Source: a virus (taxonomy: Duplodnaviria; Caudoviricetes). From it: 64,000 nucleotides of DNA. The notes under the pieces were generated by a model. That model was not told where the DNA came from, did not search any database, and was given only the letters and a program-made list of their open reading frames with translations. The position numbers and the translations under genes are program-made. Location of the stretch: IMG/VR virus record IMGVR_UViG_3300031867_000049, positions 274 to 64,273 of that record; one strand, 5' to 3'. Within the stretch, counting starts at the first letter, position 1. Each line of letters begins with the position of its first letter. Shown in pieces: positions 31,710-39,926 of the stretch.

Positions 31710-33641
31710 ATGGCAGGAGGAACAACAATAGTTGACAGACTAAATAAACTGTCAGGAAAAGATGCCACCACTATCGCTAAGGCTCTTGAGAATGTAGAAG
31801 AGGCTGGTGTTGGTGGAGAGGTCAATTTGCCAATGGACCTATCTGATTTGTTGGACCGTTCTTATTATGGATCATATTCATCATCGGCACCACGCCTCGG
31901 TGCGAGATCTATTTCAACAAATCGAGAAGCTGGCATTTCTATGGAGTTTGCTCCTGAATGCCATGTCGATTACAAGAACAATAAAATATATGGAAGCGGC
32001 TATATACCACAAGTAACTTCAGAAGGCAGCATTGATTACTTCCTAAAAGCTTGGACGAATGATTATAAAATAACCCATACTACATTAAATAGCATTGATG
32101 ACTTGCCTTATTCGTCTAATAATTTTGGAATATATGCATATGGAACATATAAGGATAAAGATGGAAATAAAAAAACCTGGAGTACATCTCTAACCGATAA
32201 TCTTAATGGAAAAATATTACGTATCGATCGATACAAAAAGACATCGGATATGCTTCGAGATGGCTACAAAGTATCTTTTGGTGATTCATATTTTGTAACC
32301 TCTGCAACAAACATTTTTACACGTGAAGATGAATATGGAAAGAAATATTACCAGTATTTGAAATACGAACTTCCAATCTATTTTCCTGATGATGCATCAG
32401 ATGTTTACCTTACTGGCATAGGAGTTGTCCCGCTAATTTCAAAAATACGTACGGATTATATACCTTTTAAAGAACATAACATTCTGTTTTTATGGGACAA
32501 CGATTTTGTCGATGGCGTTCCAAACATTAGCAACCCAGATAAAACTGCTATATATATTCACAATGTCGCCGGAGAAGCAGGTAATGTATATGAAGAATGG
32601 GTGTTTATTAAAGGTAGTTGGGAAAAACTTGGAACAACCAATATGAAATTCCCTGCTCCGGATTGGAACGTAAATGATGAAAACGATCCATCCTACATTA
32701 AAAACAAACCATGTTATTATGTCGATAACAGTGAAATATTATATGAAGGTGATTTATCCTTTACTAGCAATGCTGGCACAAACTATTATGGGCAAAGCAA
32801 TGTGGAATTTTCTCGCAGCGTTGAATTTGGAACAGCCATAACTTTAAATATTGATGGCTTAGAGTATACAGATACTGTAACTAGTAGCCATATGTATGTA
32901 GGAGCAGCGAATCCTGGTGATAGCGCTATCACAACTACTAAAGTTGGTGCACAAATGTTTCAAAACGGAGCCAATACATTTGGCGGCATGTATATGCGTA
33001 TGGTTTCCAGTAGTGAACGTGGTTCAGGAACATATCACGTTAAAGTATTCATAAAAGCTGAGCCGATTATTAAACAAATTGACGATATATATCTTAAAAA
33101 TAGTAATATTAAAAACGGAACTGGAAACTATTCGGTTCAACACGGTTATTCTGGAACAGCTTCAGGAGATAACTCTCATGCAGAAGGCAGCGGTACAACA
33201 GCTTCAGGAATCCAATCTCATGCTGAAGGAAATGGGACAATTGCAAATGGCAGGAACAGCCATGCAGAGGGATGGTCGACGGTAGCATTCGGAAGTAATA
33301 CGCATTCCGAAGGTTCTGGAACTCACGCAAAGGGAACGGATAGCCATGCCGAAGGGTACTATACAATAGCTAAGAATAAGGCTCAACATGTATTTGGAAG
33401 ATTTAACGAACAAGATCCTTCATCTTATGATTCCGAGAGATACGGAAAGTATGTTGAGATAGTAGGGAATGGCGACACTAATACTCGTTCTAATTGTCGA
33501 ACATTAGACTGGAGTGGTAATGAAACTTTGGCTGGATATCTTATGATAGGAGGTTCACTAATATTAGGAAATGGCACCGAAGATAAAGTCACAGTTACTG
33601 CAGCCCAGCTTAAAGCGCTTCTGGCGCTTCTTGATGCATAA
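31710..33641 (+). CDS. Adhesin-like protein with YadA-head-like repeats
   Basis: ASG..SHAEG..T repeats at ~33140-33370; DWNVNDENDPSYIKNKP linker. Confidence 0.7.
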   Translation: MAGGTTIVDRLNKLSGKDATTIAKALENVEEAGVGGEVNLPMDLSDLLDRSYYGSYSSSAPRLGARSISTNREAGISMEFAPECHVDYKNNKIYGSGYIPQVTSEGSIDYFLKAWTNDYKITHTTLNSIDDLPYSSNNFGIYAYGTYKDKDGNKKTWSTSLTDNLNGKILRIDRYKKTSDMLRDGYKVSFGDSYFVTSATNIFTREDEYGKKYYQYLKYELPIYFPDDASDVYLTGIGVVPLISKIRTDYIPFKEHNILFLWDNDFVDGVPNISNPDKTAIYIHNVAGEAGNVYEEWVFIKGSWEKLGTTNMKFPAPDWNVNDENDPSYIKNKPCYYVDNSEILYEGDLSFTSNAGTNYYGQSNVEFSRSVEFGTAITLNIDGLEYTDTVTSSHMYVGAANPGDSAITTTKVGAQMFQNGANTFGGMYMRMVSSSERGSGTYHVKVFIKAEPIIKQIDDIYLKNSNIKNGTGNYSVQHGYSGTASGDNSHAEGSGTTASGIQSHAEGNGTIANGRNSHAEGWSTVAFGSNTHSEGSGTHAKGTDSHAEGYYTIAKNKAQHVFGRFNEQDPSSYDSERYGKYVEIVGNGDTNTRSNCRTLDWSGNETLAGYLMIGGSLILGNGTEDKVTVTAAQLKALLALLDA

Positions 33642-33887
33642 GGAGGATTATATTTATGTCAGAAAACTTAAACGAACCTCAAAGCAGAACACCACCCGGT
33701 GCAAAAATGGTGCGCAAAGGTAGAAAAAGAAGTAAAAATAAAGATCAGGGTCGACCAATATGGAAAGCCCTGATCTGTGTATGTTGTTGGTATAACAGTG
33801 TGTTCTTTGTTTTCTTTTAACTTCTTTAATACCTATACGTTGAAGAGGAAATGAACTATATATTTCCTCAAATTTCAACACTTATAA

Positions 33888-34994
33888 TTAGAATAATGCA
33901 TCCATGGTGCAGATGGCTTTTTGTTTCTGCTCCGCCATTACATCCTGGTAGATATTCATGGTAGTGATGACATTCTTATGACCTAAAATACTACTAACCA
34001 CTTTCACATCTATACCAGATTCCAGCGCTCTGGTTGCAAAGGTATGCCTCAGCGCATGCATACCTTTATATTCTAATCCATTCTTAATACAGAAATTCTT
34101 CCAGGCGAGGATCGCATTCTGCTGATTTATGATGTTATACCGCATGTTCGGGAACACCAGATTTCGGTAGTTTGCATCCTCGTCTAAAGTGGTCTTATGA
34201 CGTCTGAGCCACTCAAGAGTTGTCGGTGCTAAGTAAATTGTACGGACGCCGGCTTTAGTCTTAGGATGCTCTTGAATAGTCATGCTGCCATGGATGGCTA
34301 CGGCTGTCTTGTGTATATTTACTTCTCCGGTTTCAAGATCCACATCATCCCACGTCAGGGCAGTAGCTTCTCCGAAACGCATACCCGTGCTGATCAGAAA
34401 GTAAAAAAGCTTTTGGTTCGCCTCCTTTCCCTCTTTACATTTATCTACTATCCTCTTCTGGTCGGCACTGGCATACGCTTCGATCTTCTTAGGTGGTCTA
34501 AGTTTGTGAAGCTCAACGCCATTATGCGGATTCTTTCCGATGATATTTCGATCGACTGCAAATTGGAGGCACTTTTTCATCTGTACAGATAATCCGTTTA
34601 CTGTGGAATGAGAGTAGGTTTTGATTTGGTAATTTTTCCCGGTTGGTTTTTTCAGAAAAACTTTTGCATACATCTCTTCCAAAATAAATGGCGTCAGATC
34701 CGTCAGCTTTAATTCTCCGATATAAGGGTATATGTGGTTTTTAAACTGGGCTTCTAATCGGATAAACGACTGCTCAGTTAATGCAGGCTCTTTACGTGTC
34801 TTAAGCCAGTACTCACACCACTCTCTGACAGTTATATTTGATTCTTCTAAAGGCAGACCGCCGTTAGCCTGCACTCTTAATTCTGCTAGCTTTTGCTCAA
34901 CCTCCTTTTTAGTCCTGCCTGATACACTCTTACGTTTACCATTAAGTGATATTTGGCCCCTCCAAGAGTTGCCTCTTTTGTAAATGCTACCCAT
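33888..34994 (-). CDS. int: Tyrosine integrase
   Basis: N-terminal arm-binding domain; catalytic R (TGMRFGE), K, HxxR (HALRHT), H (LGH), Y. Confidence 0.95.
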   Translation of the reverse strand: MGSIYKRGNSWRGQISLNGKRKSVSGRTKKEVEQKLAELRVQANGGLPLEESNITVREWCEYWLKTRKEPALTEQSFIRLEAQFKNHIYPYIGELKLTDLTPFILEEMYAKVFLKKPTGKNYQIKTYSHSTVNGLSVQMKKCLQFAVDRNIIGKNPHNGVELHKLRPPKKIEAYASADQKRIVDKCKEGKEANQKLFYFLISTGMRFGEATALTWDDVDLETGEVNIHKTAVAIHGSMTIQEHPKTKAGVRTIYLAPTTLEWLRRHKTTLDEDANYRNLVFPNMRYNIINQQNAILAWKNFCIKNGLEYKGMHALRHTFATRALESGIDVKVVSSILGHKNVITTMNIYQDVMAEQKQKAICTMDALF

Positions 34995-35110
34995 TATTTC
35001 TCCTTTCTAACTCGCGTTTAAAACATGGTCTCTCGTTTTTTGCCTGGTCTAAATAAAGTGCATTGTGTGCTTATATTTGCCAAGCTTTTCGAACGTTTAA
35101 CGCTGTGTTT

Positions 35111-35164
35111 CATCCTGCTCCATCCTTTGCGGGATTGTGCCATCCTGTCACTTTGACCCATCCT
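35111..35164 (+). repeat. Phased CATCCT repeats (35111, 35121, 35141, 35159) between int and xis
   Basis: Read directly; first three lie on a 10-bp register. Confidence 0.7.
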
Positions 35165-35181
35165 CCTTTCGGCGTTATATT
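35153..35181 (+). promoter_or_regulatory. Host sigmaA-type promoter for xis
   Basis: TTGACC-17 nt-TATATT, upstream of RBS AGGAGG. Confidence 0.6.
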
Positions 35182-35216
35182 TTGTCTCACCGATAACTAT
35201 GCCTAGGAGGTAAAGA

Positions 35217-35402
35217 ATGGAAACAGATATTGAAATAATAGGTATTAAAGAAGTAACACAATTATACGGCTTTTCCAGAAAAGAAGCAACGAGGCTATTA
35301 AATACGAGGGGGTGCCCGGTGCTGCCTAGAACATCCGGTCAGCCGTATAGAATAGTAAAGGAGGAATTTGAGAATTGGCTGAGAAGCAGACGAGCTATGT
35401 GA
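35217..35402 (+). CDS. xis: Excisionase-like HTH protein
   Basis: 61 aa winged-HTH pattern (IGIKEVTQLYG...YRIVKEEFENWL); divergent from int. Confidence 0.75.
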   Translation: METDIEIIGIKEVTQLYGFSRKEATRLLNTRGCPVLPRTSGQPYRIVKEEFENWLRSRRAM

Positions 35403-35605
35403 CGAAGGAGCATGCTGTGGCTCCGGACGAGAAGATGCTAGAGGAACTATATGAGCTTCTTGGGTTATATTTTGGGATAGAGATCGGAAACGGCATAGTA
35501 AAGCCGGGAGAACGAGTAGACATAGAACCTCAGCTTGACAGGGTTATATTTCGTGAAGAGATTCTCGCACGGATTACAGCGCTGATAGTAGGAGGTGAGA
35601 AATAA
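35375..35605 (+). CDS. Hypothetical protein
   Basis: Tiles after xis; possible GTG start at 35417 after AAGGAG. Confidence 0.45.
   Translation: MAEKQTSYVTKEHAVAPDEKMLEELYELLGLYFGIEIGNGIVKPGERVDIEPQLDRVIFREEILARITALIVGGEK
35564..35591 (+). promoter_or_regulatory. Phage promoter motif copy 1
   Basis: CTCGCA-cggatt-ACA-gcgctga-TAGT|AG. Confidence 0.75.
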
Positions 35606-35823
35606 TGAATAAGACTCTTTATGTATTAATCGTGATTGATGACTGCGTGTATCAACCTAGTATTGTGGGGATATTCGAAACTGAGCAGGACGCTAAAAAC
35701 GTAATTGAGCGAATTGAACAGAACGAACACTCTGAATTAGGTCATGCATGCTTGGAAATCGAGAAGCACGAACTTAATGCTATTGATGAGGAATTACTTG
35801 GTTATAATAATCTCTTTATCTAA
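35605..35823 (+). CDS. Early cassette protein, hypothetical
   Basis: RBS AGGAGGT starting at motif +1. Confidence 0.75.
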   Translation: MNKTLYVLIVIDDCVYQPSIVGIFETEQDAKNVIERIEQNEHSELGHACLEIEKHELNAIDEELLGYNNLFI

Positions 35824-35844
35824 AAATCGTGAGGTCTACATGGC

Positions 35845-35872
35845 CTCGCATTTTTTGCAACCTCTAGTATAG
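35845..35872 (+). promoter_or_regulatory. Phage promoter motif copy 2 (fused with terminator hairpin 35829-35856)
   Basis: CTCGCA-tttttt-GCA-acctcta-GTAT|AG. Confidence 0.8.
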
Positions 35873-35885
35873 GAGGTGAGAAATA

Positions 35886-36176
35886 ATGAATAAATACACA
35901 AAAAAGCAGCAAGAGCAAATAAACATGTGGTCAAAAGTGGAAGAAGAACTTACTAATAAACTTATAGAAGTAAATGAGGAATTACGCATATTATACGGTC
36001 ATAGTATGAATATTTATAATAGCGATGAAATTCTCGAATTTACTGATTTAAGAAAAAAGATAGTAAATAGACTTCATTTTGCAAGTAAACGACGTGAAGA
36101 AGCAATGCAAGCAAAAACTTTGTATGAAAAAAAGAAAATGGAACTCGCCGAGATAAAAGAAAAATGGGGCTTTTAA
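35886..36176 (+). CDS. Early cassette protein, coiled-coil hypothetical
   Basis: RBS + ORF between motif copies. Confidence 0.75.
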   Translation: MNKYTKKQQEQINMWSKVEEELTNKLIEVNEELRILYGHSMNIYNSDEILEFTDLRKKIVNRLHFASKRREEAMQAKTLYEKKKMELAEIKEKWGF

Positions 36177-36190
36177 TAGCCTCTTTTTTT
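36166..36190 (+). terminator. Cassette terminator
   Basis: GGGGC-ttttaata-GCCTC + T7. Confidence 0.7.
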
Positions 36191-36216
36191 CGCATAATGA
36201 ACAACCTCTAGTATAG
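36189..36216 (+). promoter_or_regulatory. Phage promoter motif copy 3
   Basis: TTCGCA-taatga-ACA-acctcta-GTAT|AG. Confidence 0.8.
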
Positions 36217-36229
36217 GAGGTGAATAGAT

Positions 36230-36436
36230 ATGATTCTAAATATTTTAAACACTTATGACGAATTAAATGATTGCACTAAAGAAGAACTAATAAAAATGGT
36301 AATTGCATTAGATCAGGTTGCTGATGAAGCAAAAAATACAATCAACAAATTGACCGATTGCAATAACGCATTATTAGGTGAACTTGGATATGATGATTTA
36401 AAAGTAAGTCAAAGGTTAGAATGGAAGGAATGTTAA
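36230..36436 (+). CDS. Early cassette protein, hypothetical
   Basis: RBS + ORF. Confidence 0.75.
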   Translation: MILNILNTYDELNDCTKEELIKMVIALDQVADEAKNTINKLTDCNNALLGELGYDDLKVSQRLEWKEC

Positions 36437-36467
36437 AAACCTATGAAAATCGCGAGGCATACAAGTC

Positions 36468-36495
36468 CTCGCATTTTTTACAGCCTCTATAATAG
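36468..36495 (+). promoter_or_regulatory. Phage promoter motif copy 4 (fused with hairpin 36452-36479)
   Basis: CTCGCA-tttttt-ACA-gcctcta-TAAT|AG. Confidence 0.8.
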
Positions 36496-36511
36496 CAGGA
36501 GGTATAAAACT

Positions 36512-36697
36512 ATGAATAAAGCAGTTATATTTAGATTTATTGCAGGCTTAATGCTTGTAGCACAGGGAATAGAGTTAGGAAGAACCCTAACGACTAGGAA
36601 ATATTGCTACGATGCAGAAAAGTACGGACATGGAATCATAACGTACACTGATATTCACGGTGTAGATCACCATGCAGTAGTAGAGGCTTATAAATAG
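36512..36697 (+). CDS. Early cassette protein with N-terminal hydrophobic segment
   Basis: Start refined to ATG36512 after AGGAGGT. Confidence 0.7.
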   Translation: MNKAVIFRFIAGLMLVAQGIELGRTLTTRKYCYDAEKYGHGIITYTDIHGVDHHAVVEAYK

Positions 36698-36709
36698 CCT
36701 CTATTTTTT
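36682..36709 (+). terminator. Cassette terminator
   Basis: AGAGGCT-tataaat-AGCCTCT + AT6. Confidence 0.75.
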
Positions 36710-36735
36710 CGCATTTTTTACATCTTTCTTAATAG
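36708..36735 (+). promoter_or_regulatory. Phage promoter motif copy 5
   Basis: TTCGCA-tttttt-ACA-tctttct-TAAT|AG. Confidence 0.8.
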
Positions 36736-36753
36736 AAAGGAAGGTGACTTATC

Positions 36754-37008
36754 ATGAAGGAATATAAAGTAAGTCTTGATATTAAATGTAGTTCTAAAAA
36801 TGAGGCATCGGACATAAAACGAATGATTACTGAATTGGGAGTCGAGTTTGGATATAGGAATTTGGAGATTGCTATATGCAAACCGTTAATCGATGATACG
36901 TATATGATTTCGGTTCAAACCGACGCTAAAACAAAAAAGAAGATTATTAAATATTTAGGATTAACAAAAGAACGTAAAGGTATATCACTATTCGTAATGG
37001 GGGCTTAG
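36754..37008 (+). CDS. Early cassette protein, hypothetical
   Basis: RBS + ORF. Confidence 0.75.
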   Translation: MKEYKVSLDIKCSSKNEASDIKRMITELGVEFGYRNLEIAICKPLIDDTYMISVQTDAKTKKKIIKYLGLTKERKGISLFVMGA

Positions 37009-37022
37009 GCCCTCTATTTTTT
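36999..37022 (+). terminator. Cassette terminator
   Basis: GGGGGC-ttag-GCCCTC + T-tract. Confidence 0.7.
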
Positions 37023-37048
37023 CGCACGAAACACATGTTCTATTATAG
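37021..37048 (+). promoter_or_regulatory. Phage promoter motif copy 6
   Basis: TTCGCA-cgaaac-ACA-tgttcta-TTAT|AG. Confidence 0.8.
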
Positions 37049-37060
37049 GAGGTGATAGAC

Positions 37061-37171
37061 ATGTTAAAAGGTTATTATGTACCGGCAGGATATATGGGCT
37101 GGGTTGGCAATGGATGGATGCTATTCGCAACCGAACAGGATTATTATGAGTATATGAATAGGAGTTTATAA
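37061..37171 (+). CDS. 36-aa microprotein MLKGYYVPAGYMGWVGNGWMLFATEQDYYEYMNRSL
   Basis: Hand-translated (below track cut-off); RBS AGGAGGT. Confidence 0.75.
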   Translation: MLKGYYVPAGYMGWVGNGWMLFATEQDYYEYMNRSL

Positions 37172-37172
37172 A

Positions 37173-37301
37173 ATGGACGAACATAAATACTTGATAAGAG
37201 ATGATTGGAAATGGATAGCAAGAGCAGCCAAAGTCACCAGAATTATATTCTACCCTATATTACTAATTTGGCATCTATTTGATCCAGAAGTAGAGCTCTA
37301 A
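37173..37301 (+). CDS. 42-aa putative membrane microprotein
   Basis: Hand-translated MDEHKYL...IIFYPILLIWHLFDPEVEL; RBS AGGAG. Confidence 0.55.
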   Translation: MDEHKYLIRDDWKWIARAAKVTRIIFYPILLIWHLFDPEVEL

Positions 37302-37318
37302 CAAGGGCTCTTTTTTTT
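37292..37318 (+). terminator. Cassette terminator
   Basis: AGAGCTCT-aaca-AGGGCTCT + T-tract. Confidence 0.75.
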
Positions 37319-37346
37319 CTCGCACCAAAAACACCTCGGTTAGTAG
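37319..37346 (+). promoter_or_regulatory. Phage promoter motif copy 7
   Basis: CTCGCA-ccaaaa-ACA-cctcggt-TAGT|AG. Confidence 0.8.
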
Positions 37347-37359
37347 GAGGTACACTATT

Positions 37360-37716
37360 ATGAACATTAACGAACTTAAAACAAAAGCTAATGTAAAAAT
37401 CACAGGCTGGAAGTGGAAGGCCAAGGTAAAGACTCAGGAGATTAAGAAATGGTGTAAAGAGAATCCTGAATCTGCACTGATTATTGGCGGAGGAATTCTT
37501 GGAGCAGCGAAATATATTGGAAAAGCTGCAATCAAGAGATCCAACATCAATAAGGAAGAGCAGATCAAGACTCATTACTGCTATGACAGATCTTTAGGTC
37601 ATTACTGGTCATTGAAACGCGAGCTTACGAACAGAGAATGGCTTGAGATTGACAAAAGGAAACGTGATGGAGAAAAAATGGCAGACATCCTGGATAGTAT
37701 GAAAGTACTGAAATAA
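37360..37716 (+). CDS. Early cassette protein with Gly/Ala-rich hydrophobic segment
   Basis: ALIIGGGILGAAKYIG; RBS. Confidence 0.8.
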   Translation: MNINELKTKANVKITGWKWKAKVKTQEIKKWCKENPESALIIGGGILGAAKYIGKAAIKRSNINKEEQIKTHYCYDRSLGHYWSLKRELTNREWLEIDKRKRDGEKMADILDSMKVLK

Positions 37717-37738
37717 GAAATCGCGAGGGCAATATGCT

Positions 37739-37766
37739 CTCGCATTTTTTTCAGCCCCTAATATAG
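37739..37766 (+). promoter_or_regulatory. Phage promoter motif copy 8 (fused with hairpin 37723-37751)
   Basis: CTCGCA-tttttt-TCA-gccccta-ATAT|AG. Confidence 0.75.
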
Positions 37767-37778
37767 GAGGTGAAAGAA

Positions 37779-38162
37779 ATGAATATACGAATTTTAGAAA
37801 GGAAACTGCCAGCAGAAATTAAGTACACTAAACGGAATCCTAATGAAACAAAATTCATGACACTCGACGAACTTAATAATGATTTTATCGTTTTACAATG
37901 GTCGAAAACGAGTCTTATGGTTTCTGAAGATTTAGCTAATGGATTATTTAACACCAGCAAAATTGGTGAAAAAGGTAATAGAATAGTATTTCTTGAAGAG
38001 ATTTTAGAGATTATTTTCGGCATAGATGTGGATCTTGATAAACCATATTATTATGAAGAAGGTGAAAGAATTGAATGGGATTATGAATTAATAGGGCTTA
38101 AAACTGGATCGGTATTTATTGAAAGAGCATATGTAATTAGATTTCATCCAACACATTATTAA
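37779..38162 (+). CDS. Early cassette protein, hypothetical
   Basis: RBS + ORF; start refined. Confidence 0.75.
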   Translation: MNIRILERKLPAEIKYTKRNPNETKFMTLDELNNDFIVLQWSKTSLMVSEDLANGLFNTSKIGEKGNRIVFLEEILEIIFGIDVDLDKPYYYEEGERIEWDYELIGLKTGSVFIERAYVIRFHPTHY

Positions 38163-38166
38163 AAGT

Positions 38167-38196
38167 AGGAGGCGCAATGCCTCTTATTTTTTTTTT
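38167..38196 (+). terminator. Cassette terminator
   Basis: AGGAGGC-gcaat-GCCTCTT + T-tract. Confidence 0.75.
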
Positions 38197-38222
38197 CGCA
38201 CTGGATACATGCTCTCTAATGA
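38195..38222 (+). promoter_or_regulatory. Phage promoter motif copy 9
   Basis: TTCGCA-ctggat-ACA-tgctctc-TAAT|GA. Confidence 0.8.
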
Positions 38223-38256
38223 AAGTTATAGGCAGCTATTAGAAAGGAGAAATGAT

Positions 38257-38736
38257 ATGGCTGAAATGTATAACGAAGCTTATGAAGGCGAGTTATTTAT
38301 TACTGAAGGTTTGGACGATGAAGTAGAAAGATACAACCTACTTGAAGATGGGACCGAAAAGAAATTAAATGCCGCTAAAGCGCTGCAAATAAGGCACACA
38401 CTTGGAATCGAAGAGTTTAAAGCCGGTCAGCAGGCAGAAGACATGGCAGAACGCAGACAACTTGAGCGTGAAAGATTAGAACTGGAGCGTGCAAAGATGG
38501 AAGCAGAAGCTGATGAACGAGCTATGCAGGCTAGAGCAGAAGCAAAACGAGAAAAGTTTAGAAACGGAGTAGCGATTGGCGGATTTATATTCACAGGAGC
38601 CCTTCAGATAATAGGACTTGTATTGGATCATGGACATGCGTTCCAGGATACTATCAGGAATAGAAACGCTGAAAATGAAGCGAAGGATACAAGAAGAGCT
38701 TTAGAAAGATTAACTGACAGAATAGCAAACCGCTAA
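38257..38736 (+). CDS. Coiled-coil protein with C-terminal TM
   Basis: Start refined after AAAGGAG; GVAIGGFIFTGALQIIGLVL. Confidence 0.75.
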   Translation: MAEMYNEAYEGELFITEGLDDEVERYNLLEDGTEKKLNAAKALQIRHTLGIEEFKAGQQAEDMAERRQLERERLELERAKMEAEADERAMQARAEAKREKFRNGVAIGGFIFTGALQIIGLVLDHGHAFQDTIRNRNAENEAKDTRRALERLTDRIANR

Positions 38737-38742
38737 CTTTAA

Positions 38743-38781
38743 ATGGGGAGTTCGTGTTAAATACATGGGCTCTCATTTTTT
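38743..38781 (+). terminator. Cassette terminator
   Basis: ATGGGGAGTTCGTGT-taaat-ACATGGGCTCTCAT + T-tract. Confidence 0.7.
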
Positions 38782-38807
38782 CGCATATTTTACACCTCGG
38801 ATTATAG
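38780..38807 (+). promoter_or_regulatory. Phage promoter motif copy 10
   Basis: TTCGCA-tatttt-ACA-cctcgga-TTAT|AG. Confidence 0.8.
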
Positions 38808-38820
38808 GAGGTACAAAGAT

Positions 38821-39072
38821 ATGATTAGACGTAAAAAATACAACAAAAACGTAAATCTACCAATGGATCGAGAAGAGAAACTTGTAAAGGATGTTTGGGA
38901 TGATGTTGCGGAAATGATGATGTCATTACAGGAACTCGAGGGAGATGAAGAAGTAATAGAACATATTGCTGATGGAATCCACGAGTTAGCTGATTTGATA
39001 GAAGCAATCGCATATCAGGGGCAACTCCCTAAGAAACTTAAAAGACCATGGAGAATAAAGGAAATGAGCTAA
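38821..39072 (+). CDS. Early cassette protein, acidic hypothetical
   Basis: RBS + ORF. Confidence 0.75.
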   Translation: MIRRKKYNKNVNLPMDREEKLVKDVWDDVAEMMMSLQELEGDEEVIEHIADGIHELADLIEAIAYQGQLPKKLKRPWRIKEMS

Positions 39073-39123
39073 TAGTTATATTTGAGTATTATTAACCGCG
39101 GGGCTAACATGGCCTCGTATTTT

Positions 39124-39151
39124 TTCGCATGCTTTACAGGTTCTATAGTAG
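39124..39151 (+). promoter_or_regulatory. Phage promoter motif copy 11
   Basis: TTCGCA-tgcttt-ACA-ggttcta-TAGT|AG, preceded by hairpin 39098-39118 and T-tract. Confidence 0.8.
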
Positions 39152-39195
39152 AAATAACACTGTTATTGTAAAGTATATTCAAAGGAGGAACTAAT

Positions 39196-39510
39196 ATGGA
39201 TACTCGTAAGAATTATGAAGAACTTGGAATGGCAATAGTCGAACAGGCAGCGACGGACTACCACAATGCAAGATTCTTTCTTGAAACTGAAGACTTGAGG
39301 TCATATAAAGATACTGCAAGTAAAAACAGTAGACATAATATGGCGAAAAAGACTTTGGCGGAAATAGAAAGTTTCTTTCATAGTGAATGGTTTCGAACAG
39401 TATGCCCGGATCTTGACGGAAAAAAAGCATTTGAAGCTTTGAAAGAAACTTACGACAGAGAAGTTAGGGACGATAAAATGGAAAAATTTATGCGTAACAG
39501 AAATAATTAA
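39196..39510 (+). CDS. Conserved phage hypothetical protein
   Basis: YEELGMAIVEQAATDY...EIESFFHSEWF; RBS AAGGAGG. Confidence 0.8.
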   Translation: MDTRKNYEELGMAIVEQAATDYHNARFFLETEDLRSYKDTASKNSRHNMAKKTLAEIESFFHSEWFRTVCPDLDGKKAFEALKETYDREVRDDKMEKFMRNRNN

Positions 39511-39516
39511 GAATAT

Positions 39517-39550
39517 GAGTTCTTGTAGAAATACAAGGACTCTATTTTTT
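39517..39550 (+). terminator. GAAA-tetraloop terminator with no promoter after it
   Basis: GAGTTCTTGTA-gaaa-TACAAGGACTC + T-tract. Confidence 0.8.
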
Positions 39551-39555
39551 GCCTT

Positions 39556-39894
39556 ATGAAATACTACTACGAAAAACCAACTGAATACACCGTTACAAAA
39601 GCTAAGACGATCCATACGGATGATAAGTTATATTCTGAATGCACTCTTTATGAGGTTGATGGTAAAGGACTCAAAGTAGTGCAGCTCAGATTCAACCCCA
39701 AGCTAAAAGTTTTCTTTTACGGCCCAATAAATCCTTGGCTTATTGATGATATTTTCTCCAGAGAAGGATTTTTAGAAAACCTCTCAGATCCTCCGTATCC
39801 TACTATGACCGTACGGACGCTTATGTGGAAACTTCGGATGAAACCCCTTAAAAAAGAATGGTGGGAAAACTCGCAAATTTTACATAGTAGATAA
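39556..39894 (+). CDS. Hypothetical protein
   Basis: 112-aa ORF; no clear RBS. Confidence 0.6.
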   Translation: MKYYYEKPTEYTVTKAKTIHTDDKLYSECTLYEVDGKGLKVVQLRFNPKLKVFFYGPINPWLIDDIFSREGFLENLSDPPYPTMTVRTLMWKLRMKPLKKEWWENSQILHSR

Positions 39895-39897
39895 TGA
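39870..39897 (+). promoter_or_regulatory. Phage promoter motif copy 12
   Basis: CTCGCA-aatttt-ACA-tagtaga-TAAT|GA, inside 3' end of upstream ORF. Confidence 0.75.
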
Positions 39898-39926
39898 AAA
39901 GTACAGGAGAATTGAGGAGGTGTATT

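Noticed and set aside
20975-33641. Diversity-generating retroelement targeting fibres or LRR/YadA genes
   Set aside because: No reverse transcriptase ORF and no TR/VR pair differing at adenines was seen
33642-33887. attP core, minus-strand ORF 33654-33881 and hairpin 33845-33869
   Set aside because: Plausible place for attP, but no tRNA-like or other core is identifiable without the host sequence; the ORF lacks an RBS and the hairpin lacks a U-tract
37124-37150. Extra promoter copy TTCGCA-N5-ACA inside the 37061 ORF
   Set aside because: Spacing is 5 rather than the otherwise invariant 6, and it lies in coding sequence
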